A stretch of 63,283 nt of DNA, from positions 1 through 63,283 of the forward strand of contig MQRK01168947.1 of NCBI GenBank assembly GCA_001938485.1. The letters run 5' to 3'. Shown here piece after piece: positions 1 through 13,574 of the stretch; position 1 is the stretch's first letter; the number at the start of each line of letters is the position of its first letter. Origin of the DNA: Girardia tigrina (lineage: Eukaryota). The notes below the pieces were generated by a model. The model was not told the DNA's origin and ran no database searches. It saw nothing but the letters and a program-made list of their open reading frames with translations. A program made the translations under genes and the position numbers.

Positions 1-104
1 TTTTTAATTTTTAAAAATATTTAACAAGCAAATTAATATAAAAATATTTTACCCTTTAAATTAAAAAATAATAAACTATTCAGGCGAGATAAAAAATTAA
101 AATT

Positions 105-1107
105 AACCCCTCATAGGCAGCATGCGGTAGAATTTCCCATTTAAGTGCTTTCAACGTGTTGTTTACTTGTTTTGCAACATGTGGCCGAGCATTGTCATGG
201 AGCAAAATCACTGTGCACTGTTTGTTGGTTGGAATAGGACGTTTTTCCTTCTATGCATCGTTCAATTTCATTAACTGTTGTTGGTAACGTTCTGCATTAA
301 CAGTTTCATTCGAATTCAGCAGCTCATAGTACAGTACACCTTTCTGATNNNNNNNNNNNNNNNNNNNNNNNNNNNNNNNNNNNNNNNNNNNNNNNNNNNN
401 NNNNNNNNNNNNNNNNNNNNNNNNNNNNNNNNNNNNNNNNNNNNNNNNNNNNNNNNNNNNNNNNNNNNNNNNNNNNNNNNNNNNNNNNNNNNNNNNNNNN
501 NNNNNNNNNNNNNNNNNNNNNNNAATTGAATATCAGTAATCGACTTTCAATGTTGGCTTGATTCAATTCATGTGGTATCCATTTTCCTTCTTTTTGAATC
601 ATTTTCATAGCATGTAGACGTTGACTTATGGCTGCTTGAGTAGCATTTAACTGTTTTGCAAGCTCTTTCTCTGTTTGAGTATAATCTCCTTCAGTTATGA
701 TTCCAAATCTTCATCTTCGAATCTTTTTGGTTGACCGGAACTTTCTTTGTCACTTACGTCGAAATCTCCACTTTTGAAACGTTTATACCAGTTCTCGCAA
801 GTCTGTTAAGTTGGTGCATGTTGACCATAAGTTTCTTTAAGAAGCCGAAAACTGTCTGCAGCTTTTTTCTTTTGATTAAAGCAAAACAGTAGTGCTTCCC
901 GCAAATGCTGTTTTATTGGTGTGAAAGTTGACATGCTAAAACGTGATTAAAAATATGTTTATGACGCATTTAAGGTCAATGACCTACTTAATTTTAATGC
1001 CTCGATTTCAGCACTTTAAAAATCTGTACGTACGACTGTAAAATAATGCTTATTACAAAACTTACACCATCTCTTAGAAATTCCAAAAAACTAAGTTATA
1101 CACCTAA
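105..1107 (-). mobile_element. Decayed mariner, Mos1/mauritiana-like, 3' truncated
   Basis: ATG at 934: MSTFTPIKQHLREALLFCFNQ...WYKRFKSGDFDV...GKWIPHEL. Terminal TTAGGTGTATAACT next to TA; stops and frameshifts present. Confidence 0.9.
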
Positions 1108-2289
1108 TATATATATATATATATGGACAAAAAGTTTTTTCAAAAAAAGGGGCATTTTCTACTAGTTTTAATGCATTTCTGTACGTGTGATTGAATGGGA
1201 ATTTGAGCGGAGAGTACTGGTTTGTCTGAATTCACGCCAGTACAGAGAGAGGCCCAAGATTACGATGTTTACACGTCTCAGTTGTAAGGACAGATCGGGT
1301 GTACTATCAAATATCGAAATGTAAAGTATTGAGTATGACACGAGAGATCCAAGATACATCAAAGATCCTTCAGTGAATTCACTAGAGTGGGGTCAGTGAT
1401 CCTCAGTAAAGGTAAAATTTCATATACAGGTAAATTAATTATTAATGAGTGACCTGAAGATGACGGTTGATACTATATATTTAAATATATTTTTTAATGG
1501 ATGAATTTTGTTATTTATACATAAAATTTATCTTTATATATAAAATTATAGAATATTATTTTTAACAATGGTTATAATTTTTGTCGGCTGATTTTAGTTT
1601 CTTTTCATCTTTACAAAACTCATAAAGTTACTATTACCAAAGTATTGTTTTCATTATCTTTTCAAAAAAAATATTTATATTATTTATATTTTATTATTAT
1701 ATAACTGCTTTTTATAATTAAACAAGCAATTACAAAAAAGAAAAGTAAAATGTAATGTATAAAAAAACTTCTAAATAATAAAATACAAAAAAAAATATTA
1801 TTCATTTAAATATTATTATAAAAGAAAAAACATTCTTAAAGAAATAGTTTTTATCCAAAAAAAACATAGATATAAATGCAAAAATTAAATAATTTATAAA
1901 AAAAATAAATATAAAATTATTTCCTAAAACTCCATCAAACTCTACGAGAAATTAACTCAAAATTTGATCAAATAAAAACTCATTGTAAATTAATTAAAAC
2001 AAATCAGTAAAAACTATTTTAAAATTAAAATATAAATATTTTTTTTAATAAAAGAAAGAAAAGAATTTTTTATTATTTTTCAATTTCTATTGTAAATAAA
2101 AAATATTATTAATTTTCTTTGGGATTTTTTCTTGAGGCTTTAAATGAAACATTTCTTTGATTTAATATTTTTAAAAGGATAAATGTATTAGTGAATGTAA
2201 AAAAATATAAATTAAAATATTACTTCTATCAAATAGAACTAAAAATTCTGAAAATATAAAAATCTAATGTTTATTATTTGTATTTTAAG

Positions 2290-2559
2290 ATCCCCCAATT
2301 ATTCAAAACATGCTCTCCAATATAACAGTCGCGGCTCATTTGAGGAAGCAAATTCATTTGTCTTGTATTGCTACTGGAAATCCTAAACCAAAAATATTCT
2401 GGTTCAAAATCGTTTCAGGAAAGCAAGAGGTCTTGTTGACCCGGCAACCGTCGTTTAATCTTCATATACTGTCGCAAAATGATTACGGAGAATATCAATG
2501 TCACGCCGTATCTTTCGGTTTTGAAACTGCAGTGAAACGTGTTCTCGTGGGGGTTCCAG
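2290..2559 (+). CDS. Exon of Ig-superfamily cell adhesion gene (Kirre/NEPH/IrreC-like), one complete Ig domain
   Basis: Acceptor ttttaag| and donor |gtaaaa; 270 nt, phase 1-1. Encodes PPIIQ...LSCIATGNPKPKIFWFK...DYGEYQCHA, with the Ig C/W/DxGxYxC motifs. Confidence 0.93.
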
Positions 2560-4019
2560 GTAAAATAATAATTTATTATAAGTTATTTATAAATTTAACT
2601 GAAAGTAAAAGATTTGAATTTTATCAAAAGAATATTCAAATTATAAATCTAAATTTAATAACAAAAACTTAATTTAAAAAGACAAATAAAAGAAAAAATA
2701 CTCAAATTATTCTTAAAAATCCAAACGCTATGATCTTACAATTCAAAACTGATAGATCAGTCATTTCAAAAGATATGTCGGCAGTGCTAAAGTCATACTA
2801 TTATTAAGGGTACAAAAGTTGTATAATAGTTGTAATGAAAAACGAGAGCGAGTGGGTCTCTATCTTCCATTATCTAAATAAATTAATAAACACAAAAATA
2901 ATCTGCAAAATTTATTGTTTAGAATGATCAACATACGGTTGTTTCANNNNNNNNNNNNNNNNNNNNNNNNNNNNNNNNNNNNNNNNNNNNNNNNNNNNNN
3001 NNNNNNNNNNNNNNNNNNNNNNNNNNNNNNNNNNNNNNNNNNNNNNNNNNNNNNNNNNNNNNNNNNNNNNNNNNNNNNNNNNNNNNNNNNNNNNNNNNNN
3101 NNNNNNNNNNNNNNNNNNNNNNNNNNNNNNNNNNNNNNNNNNNNNNNNNNNNNNNNNNNNNNNNNNNNNNNNNNNNNNNNNNNNNNNNNNNNNNNNNNNN
3201 NNNNNNNNNNNNNNNNNNNNNNNNNNNNNNNNNNNNNNNNNNNNNNNNNNNNNNNNNNNNNNNNNNNNNNNNNNNNNNNNNNNNNNNNNNNNNNNNNNNN
3301 NNNNNNNNNNNNNNNNNNNNNNNNNNNNNNNNNNNNNNNNNNNNNNNNNNNNNNNNNNNNNNNNNNNNNNNNNNNNNNNNNNNNNNNNNNNNNNNNNNNN
3401 NNNNNNNNNNNNNNNNNNNNNNNNNNNNNNNNNNNNNNNNNNNNNNNNNNNNNNNNNNNNNNNNNNNNNNNNNNNNNNCATAGATGGACACGGCCCAACT
3501 GCAGGTTATCATAGGATCTGACATGGAACTCTCTTTATGTAAAGAAATAAATGTAAACATCTTCTGAGATTAATTTTCTAATTATTGGTTGTTGCTTCGG
3601 TGTAATCTGAGGACAATTTGTACAATTAGAACAAAGTACAGATGGTTCACCGCCGATAATCACACATTTAAAAACAACAACCGTCGGAAATCCAAGAGGA
3701 ATTAATCGGTTTGACTTTGTTATTCTTGTCAAAACAGCTCTTTTTGAATTCAAATCCACTTGAAAATTGTCNTCTACGATCCCATGAACGACGTCGAGCA
3801 TATTGTACGCGGCAGTTGACTCCAGCGAATTTAATTGAATTGATTAAATTATTAATCAATTAATTATTTAATATGTATATATATATACACACACCATTAA
3901 TATATATATACATATATACATATTTTGACTAAAATGTAGGATCACTACAATAGTATTTGTTGTACAAAAGTGCACACAACAAAAGCGGGTCGACAAACAC
4001 ATCGTCACATCACATTGAC

Positions 4020-4246
4020 TCAGTCCTTCCTCAGCTCGTACCGCATCTCTTTGACACCGTCCTTGGTGATCACCCGCATGACGAGCGCGTCCCCGCAGTG
4101 AATGTCTCTCTCGGCCGCGCTAATAATCACATCTCTCACGAATGAAATGGCCTCATCCAGCGGAATGGATGCCTTCTCGACACCAGGCTGGTTGTTCTTG
4201 TTGATCTGGTTGTCGAGGAAGGGCTGCAGGATGGCGCCAGCGCTCC
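4020..4246 (-). CDS. PSMB1: Isolated terminal exon of proteasome subunit beta type-1 (beta6); GC-rich, probably foreign
   Basis: GSAGAILQPFLDNQI...ISAAERDIHCGD...ITKDG...LRKD* is the recognisable beta6 C-terminus. Acceptor tttccag at 4247; no upstream exons recognised in the window. Confidence 0.88.
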
Positions 4247-4530
4247 CTGGAAATGGGATGGAAAACTCTCTCAAAGTTGAGGAGCAAAATAATAATAAAA
4301 TGATGATAATATTGAGAACGTATACGTCTAAGATCCGTTATTCCTAACTGTGGAGAATTAGCGGCCGAATTAACAGACTTTGTTTAACTGAACTGAAAGT
4401 CGCAGACACTTTGAGTGCGCTTGTATCGGTGATCAATAAATTTTGTTTTGTTCTTTACATTGGTTACATCACTAACGTCAACGCGCGAGAAACAAACATT
4501 AAACAATCGCACATTTAAACAATCCTCCAC

Positions 4531-4885
4531 AAAGGGGGATCGCATTCATGTTTTTGAAAAATTATTATTAATTCGTTAATGCTTAAACTATTTTTGAAAT
4601 ATAAATTTAATAAATGCTTTTCAAAATTTTTATTATTAATTCGTTAATGCTAAAAAATATATTTCTAATATTTAAAAGAAAATATTTTAAAAAAACAGAT
4701 TAATGTCAATATCAATCTGAATGCCAATAATTATTTAATTTAATGGACCAAAAGATAAAAAACACAAATTTATTATCAATTAAACATTTATCCAAAGGAC
4801 ACAATGTAAAAAGACTTAATAATAAAACATTTTCAAAAATATTTATTAAATTTATATTTCAAAAACATTTATGCAATCCCCTTTT
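4531..4885. mobile_element. MITE with short TIRs
   Basis: aaagggggatcgcat ... atgcaatcccctttt flank an AT-rich non-coding interior. Confidence 0.55.
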
Positions 4886-5012
4886 AGCGCATTTGTCGTG
4901 GTACCTTCATACAAAGATGTTTTTTAGCAGTTTGATTTTAATCTAACAAAGGCAGTACTTTAAACTCTTTGCATTCTGTTAAATATGAGTTCTAAAATTA
5001 TTACAAAATTTT

Positions 5013-5580
5013 ATTTCAATAAAACATGTATAACAAGAAATAGGTCTCAAACGACCAAAGAAAACGGATCCCTTTTGACTACAGCATCGATAAATGTTAA
5101 TAGTTTGATTCTGTTCCAGGATTGAGTTGATTGAAGCTTCCGTGGAACTAGAGCATGGGTTGAAACTGTTGATGTTGTGTTTCGCCCATGTCGATGTATT
5201 TGATATTTGATATTACACATCGTCTTCGAAGGTTGTTGATTGCGATGTCAAACAGCTTTAGATCTTGGAGCACTTCATCATTCTTCTTTAGCCAGGAGCC
5301 GAGACAACCAACGACTATTGTCCCGAGATGCACACCCCAACTTGGGCACTTCGCTTTAGCTTCGGTTTCGAGGGATTCGTATTTTGTCTCATTAAGCTCT
5401 CTGGCTGACTTTAGAATCTCCGTCTCATCGTATGACATCTTGGTATTGATTAGCCAGTGTTTTTGATTTGCAGATCGATTCTTCTGCTGGATGATGAAAA
5501 GTTGCTCTGTTAATCCGTCAATATCTCGTAATAGGGAAGTTCAAAGTCTATTGCTTATCTTGTGGCGAAGAGATTCAATC
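5013..5580 (-). mobile_element. 3' end of RLE-type non-LTR retrotransposon (NeSL/R5-like): restriction-like endonuclease and 3' UTR
   Basis: HWLINTKMSYD...ETKY...TIVVGCLGSW...N matches the RLE C-terminal motifs. The 3' UTR ends near aataaa. Confidence 0.8.
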
Positions 5581-7171
5581 TTTGAAATCAAGGTCAAGAC
5601 ATATTTATTTAACGAAACTAAGATACTTCGTAACGCCTAATCTGTCACGTTTTTTTTATGGATGTGCATTGACCTAATAAAACATTAATAACCGTAAAAT
5701 TGTATGTTCCACTCTCATGCATCAGATGCAATCACATCATTATCAACCAGTAACAAACACTAGTCGTATTTTTGTTTTGTTTAGAATAAAAATTGAAAAA
5801 AAAACCAACACAAACAGAGATAAAAGCATTTCGCCGCATGGTAAATGAGCATCTTAGGGAGTTTGATATTGGATGGGTACCTTTCGATTCGATCTCAAAA
5901 CATCTTGTAGATTGAACCACGGAGTCCTTAAAAAGTATTTTTATAAATATTAAATTTTTAACCTCTTAAACTTTTAAAAAGTTTATTTTATCAATTTTAT
6001 CTGAATACCTCTTATCAATAGTACCCTTCTCGATAGATCTTAGTACCTTGTTTAAATACAGCAGTAGAAGGTGATTGAAGGTAACTAATGTCTAGAATAT
6101 CTCTTGGGTAGGAAGTATTTGCTTTCAATATGTTATTTATATATTGCCTTTGAAGAATTTTCTGGAAGAATTAAGACTCCTAACAGAATTAAATTGTATG
6201 AAAAAGTGTCATTTATGTATTGATGAAGCTGAATTAGAAAGTAATTTGATGAAGAGGTCAAAATAGATAAAATATAATTTATTAAATTTTAAAAGAAAAA
6301 CGTTTGTTTGTAATAAATAATAATTGTAATAATAATTTGTAATAAATATGTTTGTAATAATTCTAAATAATAAATTATTGTTACAAACATTTAGTGATTG
6401 AAAATTTTAAATATGGTTTTATAAAAAATAAAAGTTCATCTCAAGAAATTATTTTAAACTAATTAAAATTAATAAAAAAACGGATATCTTATAAAAATTT
6501 AAAAATTTCGTTACAAAAACAAGTTTAAATAATAATAAATACATTATTATATTAAAAATTTTAAATAATTAATTTTAACAATTTTTTAATTTATTTAAAA
6601 AAAATATATTTATTAATTTATTAAATAATTGATGTTCATACTGTTAAAAAGACGTATGTTTTTTTTCAATTTATGTTAATTATATTTTTTCGATTCGATT
6701 TAAGTATAAAATTTATATGCTATTATAATATACAAATTAAAATTTTATTTCGTTTTTAATAACAAAATTAATTAAAATGTTTTCATTTCAAATAAATTTA
6801 TTTTATGTTTTGTTTTAATTGATCGATGAATATATTTGTTTTATTGTTTTATAGATGTAGTAATAAATATTATATAAAAAACCTTTAAAAACTATTAAAA
6901 CTCCAAAATAAAATTGACAAATAAAAATTTGATTCTTCCGCGGTTTCAATAATAATAAATGAAAAGAACATTTACTGTTGCAATTATTTATTTTTGTTGG
7001 AGAAAATATTAAATATTTATATATTAATAAATAAAATTAATATTTATTATTTAAATATAAAAGAAAAGTTTATTAAGAAGCTGCCATTTTATTTAATTTT
7101 AAAAAATTAAAAAATAATGGCAAATTATGTTTATAAACAAAAACACGCCATTTGTTAAATTTATTTTTTAT

Positions 7172-7209
7172 GACAATTAATTTCGACGGTATAACCGTCA
7201 TCGTCAGGT
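7172..7209 (-). ncRNA. Minimal type I hammerhead ribozyme (PLE-associated)
   Basis: ac-CTGACGA-T-GACGG ttata CCGTC-GAA-ATTAAT-T-gtc. The 5' edge abuts an N gap. Confidence 0.8.
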
Positions 7210-7597
7210 NNNNNNNNNNNNNNNNNNNNNNNNNNNNNNNNNNNNNNNNNNNNNNNNNNTCATCGTCAGGTCTCAAGAAAAAAATGAATTTTAAATCTGC
7301 TTATATAGGCAAGCAGTGATTATGTCATCAATGGATTATTATGTCATCTAAACACGCTTAATAGGGTTTTCGAAAGACGCGTTTGCAGATTAATCTTAGG
7401 ATCTAAAGATCTGATATAAAGTGCTTCACAGGCCACCCTCTCCCAATAGTTTTTTTAAAAATCTTAGATCCTAAGATTAATGTGCAAACGCGTCTCTCGA
7501 AAACCCTATTAAGCGTGTTTAGATGACATAATAATCCATTGATGACATAATCACTGCTTGCCTATATAAGCAGATTTAAAATTCATTTCTTTCTTGA

Positions 7598-7636
7598 GAC
7601 CTGACGATGACAGTTATACCGTCGAAATTAATTGTC
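7598..7636 (+). ncRNA. Minimal type I hammerhead ribozyme
   Basis: gac-CTGACGA-T-GACAG ttata CCGTC-GAA-ATTAAT-T-gtc. Stem I gac/gtc, palindromic stem III, one mismatch in stem II. Confidence 0.78.
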
Positions 7637-8754
7637 ATAAAAAATAAATTTAACAAATGGCGTGTTTTTGTTTATTTAATTTTATATAAAAATTACTTTG
7701 ACATGAATTTTTTGCATTTATTTTTATTATTTTTTATCTTTTTTGATATTTAGTTAACAAATATTAACATATTTTGTATAATTATTTTAAAGTATTAAAA
7801 TTATTATAATGATAATTGAATACAGTCCATATTGATTTATCACAGTAATAATATTATTTATTTATTGTTCAGTTGAAATGTGACACTATTTCCTTTGTGT
7901 TCGGGATTCAAATATTATCTTTATTATTATTTATATTTAGATTCCGTGCCTATCCATATCTCTATCTGGAACTTGGAATGGCAATTTCTGTTAATTTTTA
8001 TCACCGATGTTTGGTTATTGTGTATAAGTGATATTTAAATACGAATATTAAATAATTAGATAAAAATAAATAAAATAAATGTTAAAAATAACAAATAATT
8101 AAAATAATAAAATTATTCGATTTGTTTTATGATGCGATTTGTCTGAATGTATGATGTGGTGTTGTGATTTACGAAATTGTGACAGGAAAATGTGTTTTTG
8201 AATGAAAAGTAAATGTTTTCAATTAATCGAATCGTTTTTTAAATATTACTAATTTTTTGTAATCATTCAAAACATTATCAAATGTCCGAAAATTATCAAA
8301 ATGTCCAATTGTTTAATGATGAGTTATTTTCAATGCAACTGTTCAATCGAAAAATGATATTGTTGATTTAAATGAATCATTAGACAATGATTCAAATAAC
8401 ACAACCAGTGAGATTTTGCTTAATTCGATGTTGAAAACAAAAGAATTGAATGAATTATTTGAGAAAATATACAATTCCGAGGCGGTGATCGGTAAATACC
8501 TCAAAAATCTCGAACAATTGGAGAAGATATTCAACAAAGCCAAGAATGAATTGGACGAAAGAAATTTAAATGAATACATTCTTATTAAAATGGGCCCAGC
8601 ACAGTCACACCAAGATCAAGATCCGATCGAAAATTATATTGCGTGAGTCTGCTACCTCCATTCAGTTCTCTGAGCAACTCGATAATCGAACGGAACGATT
8701 TGATATGTGAAATAAACATAAAAGAATATTATTTCTTAGGTTTGTTTTTAGAGT

Positions 8755-8900
8755 CATGGGCAAATTTTATTCATCAAAAATTGACTTGCTAATTACGTTC
8801 ACACTTGCTCCTGTATCTAATAAACAGTCTTCTGTAATGTATTGTATGTTTACTTTTACGCTTGGTCAACCTTTCCTTTTATTGTACCGAGAATAAAATT
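8755..8900 (-). mobile_element. LTR retrotransposon (Gypsy-like) aspartic protease fragment
   Basis: Minus strand reads DCLLDTGASVNVISKSIF, the retropepsin DTG motif. Confidence 0.7.
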
Positions 8901-11099
8901 TTAAATTGTATTAATGTGTGAATGTATGTGTAAAACTAGGCTAACTGGTCAACTGCAATTCAGCTACCAATAAGTCTAGTTTTATCTGTAAAGAAATAAA
9001 TAAAAAAAAACAATAATGACAATAAAAAATATATTTAATACAACCAACCACTAGAGTTATCGCCAGATAATAACAAATTCAATCCAAGATATTTCCATTG
9101 TTATAATTGAATCCATCATTTGATTTTATATTATCTTTCAATTGATAATATTATTTAAGTTTTTTCTTTATACAATTATAAACATAACACAAACAAATCA
9201 CACAATAAACACAGTTGTTTCCAAACACCAATATATACAAACAAATACACATATTTCCAATTTAATTCTTTCATCCACTTCAATGTAGACTTGATTAAAA
9301 CCCATACAACTAAATAAATTTGTAAAAGGTGGATATATGTGATGGAAACACTACAATACAGACAATCCGACCAAAAGCAAACACACTGACAGAAGAAAAA
9401 TATTGACCAATAATATCGAAAGATATTACAGTATGAATGCAGTATATTGAATCAAGAATGTTGAATTTAGAATGGTGATTCTCCCACCCAGATTGAAATT
9501 AGTTTTTTTGTATTTACGGTAATTGACTATTCGAACATTATGAGGGGTTAATTTAAATTTTTATCACACCTGAATAATTTATTATTTTTTTAATTTAAAG
9601 AGTAAAATATTTTTATGTTAATATGCTTATTCAATATTTTAAAATTAAAAATGATATAATAAAACAACTATTAAAAAATCAAAAACTTTTTTGAAAATAA
9701 AATATTTTTTAATGTGTTTTTAAATATTTTAAAAAAAATTTAAAAGGATATAATAAAAGAAAATCATAAAAAATAAAATATCTATGATTTAAAAAATAAA
9801 ATAAAATATAAAATAAATTAACATAATTAAAATAATAATGATCTGGAGTTAAAATTTTTGAAATTAGTAATTAGGACAATCTTTGTCAAAGCTTTTGAAC
9901 AATTGCATCCGTCTAATTACTTAATGGCTTTAATTTTATAATTTGAGTAAATACTTATTCCACATTTTATTAGTTAAAATGAAATATAATTATTTTAAAA
10001 ATAATAATTCAGTTTATTTATTAAAAATTGTAAATAAAAGTAATCAACTTATTTTAAATTTTACAATTCTTTTAAATTATAAATAAATTTAAACATTACA
10101 TATTTTTAGATAAGAATAATTAAAATATTAATCATCCATCTGGGTAGCAGAGCCACAATTCCAAATCAACACACAACATTCAAACTCGAAACATCACAGA
10201 CATCTTTACTGAAATCATTTTTTCAAATAATTATCTTTCTATTTTTTAATTTAATTTTTAAATTTAAATTCCGTTTGAATAATTTTGATCATAAAACACC
10301 TAAAAATATTGATCGACCTTCTCGGTAGGAGAGGAGCGACACAAAAACAAAACAAAATTTTACACAAAAAAAACCATAAATAAATAATATTTTTTACAGA
10401 ATAATCAATAATATATTTCTCCATCAAAACAATCCTTAATTTTATAATTAATTTAATAAAATAAAACTATTTTTACTGAATACCTGAATATTTTATGACC
10501 AAAAAAAGGTTTTAATAATAATTATATATAATTTAAAGTTGATTAAATTGAATTTTAAATACATAAAATTTATTTAACTAATTTGTAAACAAATTTTAAA
10601 GGTAATTTAATATGAATATATAAAAATAATGGAAATTTAATGAATTAAAATTTATTTTTATTGAGATCGCAATGAGAAATGAATGTTATTATTCTCCCAT
10701 CTGAATTATTATTTTAAAATTATCCAAACACTTTCGGGAATCATAAAATAAATAAGTGAAACAATTCGATTCTCCTCTCTTCCAAACATATGTTTCCAAT
10801 TCGAAAAGAAAATATTGATTTTGCTGTGTCTTATCGATTTTGTTCGGTAATGCTCACAAATATTAGTTCACAATTAAATAGTTCAAAGGTTCAATTTTTT
10901 TCATCAAAAGTTTCCATTTTAACCCATAGAAAATCAAAGAGTTTCTTGTTATTAATTATTTTTAGTAAATAAATCATATAATGTTTTTCTTTTTAATAAA
11001 TATTTGACAATGATGAGAGTTTGCTTTGAATTTAAGAATACAAGACATCAATTATCGAACTGATAGTTATGTATGAATTATTAATAAAATAATTTTTAA

Positions 11100-11370
11100 T
11101 AAAGAGTTAGCAGAGAAGCTTAATACGTCACAATCAACTGTTTACCGCCACCTAGAGAAATTGGGGAAAGTGAGCATACTAGGACAATGGGTACCCTATA
11201 ACCTGAGTGAACACAATAAAGCGGATAGGATCTCGATTGCCGCATGTCTCCTCTCAAGAGAAAAAATGAACCTTTTTTGAAGAATATTATCACAGATGAT
11301 GAAAAATGGGTCATTTACGAGAACATCGTCCGTAAAATGCAGTGGCTCAATAAAGGCCAAACACTTTAGC
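11100..11370 (+). mobile_element. Mariner transposase fragment
   Basis: LGKVSILGQWVPYNL...IITDDEKWVIYEN, matching the WVPHEL linker and the first catalytic D region. Confidence 0.8.
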
Positions 11371-11989
11371 TACATTTTGTTTGCGTCATTAGGAGACCTG
11401 TATACCATTTACATCGCTTAGTTGCTACTTAATTTCATCGAAATCAATTTGCCTCAAAAACAAAATCTTAATCACACTACAAATTTCAACGTAAGATGTC
11501 ATGCTGAATATAAAATTTGAAAAATATATCTACAGAAATAGTCAAACGTTAAAATAAGTTCCATAAATCTTATCAATATATATATGTACTTCTTTCATAT
11601 AGAAAATTCAGGCTCATACGTCAATAATTAATTTACTAATCTACGGGCCTTTTGAGATCACTATTTATTCCGTTTTGATATTGCGGAAAGCTTTCGTGAA
11701 ATAATCGATATTATTATCTAAAATACAAAACTTTGGAGTAAAGAAAATTCCTGCATTTCAAAATTCATTTGTCAGTAACAATATTACATCGTTGCCGCTG
11801 ACTTCAAGATAAAAAGTAAAAAGGATGATAATGCTTGAACATTGACTTTAGGGCAATGTGGCCTATTTACAAATTATTCATGAGACATCCCTCCCAATAA
11901 CTATCGAAATAATCAAAGAATCTTGAAAATATCTTTTTATTAAATATTCATTTTGCAATATTTTTATCAATATTACACTTAGTATCATT

Positions 11990-12760
11990 TCGAATATGTT
12001 CCTTAATTAGTTTATACAGATGATCATAGCAAAGCACTCTCCATCACACTTTTTAGGAATATTAAAAGATGAAGACTTTTGCTAGATTTATTCATAATAA
12101 AATTATCCGTACTAAATGACTGTGATGTGACTTTAGAATTCTTGAACTTCTCAAAATACTGCTAAATTTCCAAAGAAAGAAAAGAATCGCCAAGAGACTA
12201 CTGTTGGGTAGTTTCCACACTAAAAGGATCAAAACATGAGGACGAAGGGGAAGTTCTAAAATTATAAAAACACCAATTTCAGAGGGATTTAGAAATATTA
12301 ACAATGTAATCTAAAAAAAGTATCAACAATGTTAGAATAGTGTCAGAGACATCAAAAGTGAGGGAAATGAATGTGCATTGGAAGCTAATCTTGCAAATAA
12401 ATTTAAAAGTCGCGGGTTTCACATCTCTTACTTACATTCGAGAGACAAATTATCAACTCATAACACAGATTAGTGAACATTCACATCCACGGCGATCTAG
12501 TATAGTTTAAAATATGAGTTTTCTATTCTTCAGACTAATTTCGATTCACATTATGAGAGGTTATATTGTGAATCATTGTTATTCAGGTACTATAACCATT
12601 TGATTAGCATCCAAAATGAAAATAGTTAAAATTAATTAACTTTTTGTCCAATAAAATCAATCCAAAATGTTTTTAATCTTATGTTTAACCAAATAAATTA
12701 AACAGTATCAAATAGCTGATGATGATCAATGCTGATCGAAACCTGTTTGATATTAATAAT
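11990..12760 (+). mobile_element. Decayed Penelope-like element (GIY-YIG remnant, degenerate hammerhead near 12715)
   Basis: YIRETNYQLITQISEH and NFDSHYERLYCESL, then CTGATGA-T-GATCA atgc TGATC-GAAAC. Confidence 0.7.
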
Positions 12761-13231
12761 TTTCTAAAAAGATCTTTATCAAATATTTATTCAATTATAT
12801 TTATAAAAACTACAATACTTTAAAATCAACTTTGGGCGACATTTCGCCCGAGGATCATATGAGAGGATCGTTAAGGTTTTATTATTATATTTTATAAGTG
12901 TGTATATTGAAAAATAATCTATAATGTTAAAAATCTCATTAAGCTTGTTTATCCTTGTATTGTTTAATTGATGTGAAATCTAAATTGCAGAATTTTTGTT
13001 TTAATCAATCATAATTTATAAAATAATATCGTTTTGTTAAAACAAAATAAAACAAATAATTAATGATCATGGAATAAGTATTCTTGAGAAAAGGAAATGA
13101 GTAAAGAAAAAATAAATCGGTTTCATATTACTTATTAATTTATTTATTTAATTTTATTTAATTATTACGATTTCTAAAAAATCATTATTTTTTAGAATCA
13201 AAGATTTCTTATTTATTTCTTAAAATTTTAG

Positions 13232-13379
13232 GACCTCCAAAAATATTTGGCAATCCAAAATTATTTGCTGAAATACTAAAACCAATAAAGTTGGTCTGCA
13301 CAATCAAGTCGTTCCCCGCTCCAAGCTCTAAGCAGGTCATATGGACCCGGAATTATAAAGTTGTAAACTCACCAGACAG
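13232..13379 (+). CDS. Next exon, first half of membrane-proximal Ig domain
   Basis: ttttag|...|gtaact, phase 1-2. GPPKIFGNPKLFAEILKPIKLVCTIKSFPAPSSKQVIWTRNYKVVNSPD; in frame with the 2290-2559 exon. Confidence 0.9.
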
Positions 13380-13574
13380 GTAACTGAAAGCTTATTTTAT
13401 AATTTAGCCCTTGAATGTTTGAAATGATTTTGTTATTTTCTCTCATTATTATGCATACTTCTACATGCAAATGTGGAATATTGTGCTGTTGATGAAATTC
13501 TATTTGGAATCAATTTAAATGTTTTGTTCTGATTTTAAAGAATAATTTTAATCAACAGATAACAATTTATTGTA

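Larger units (their letters stand above)
7133..7675. mobile_element. Penelope-like element remnant with inverted pseudo-LTRs (about 540-bp palindrome)
   Basis: Arms are near-perfect reverse complements. The minus strand encodes a GIY-YIG C-terminus (YWERVACEALYIRSLDPKINLQ). Each arm carries a hammerhead. Confidence 0.88.

Noticed and set aside
1165-1411. Upstream host exon ending at aaag|gtaaaa
   Set aside because: The phase-compatible frame is short, stop-bounded and has no Ig features.
278-3560. Long ORFs full of X in the ORF track
   Set aside because: Artefacts of N gaps.
4301-4471. Possible solo LTR (TGATG...CATCA with aataaa)
   Set aside because: No TSD and no second copy.
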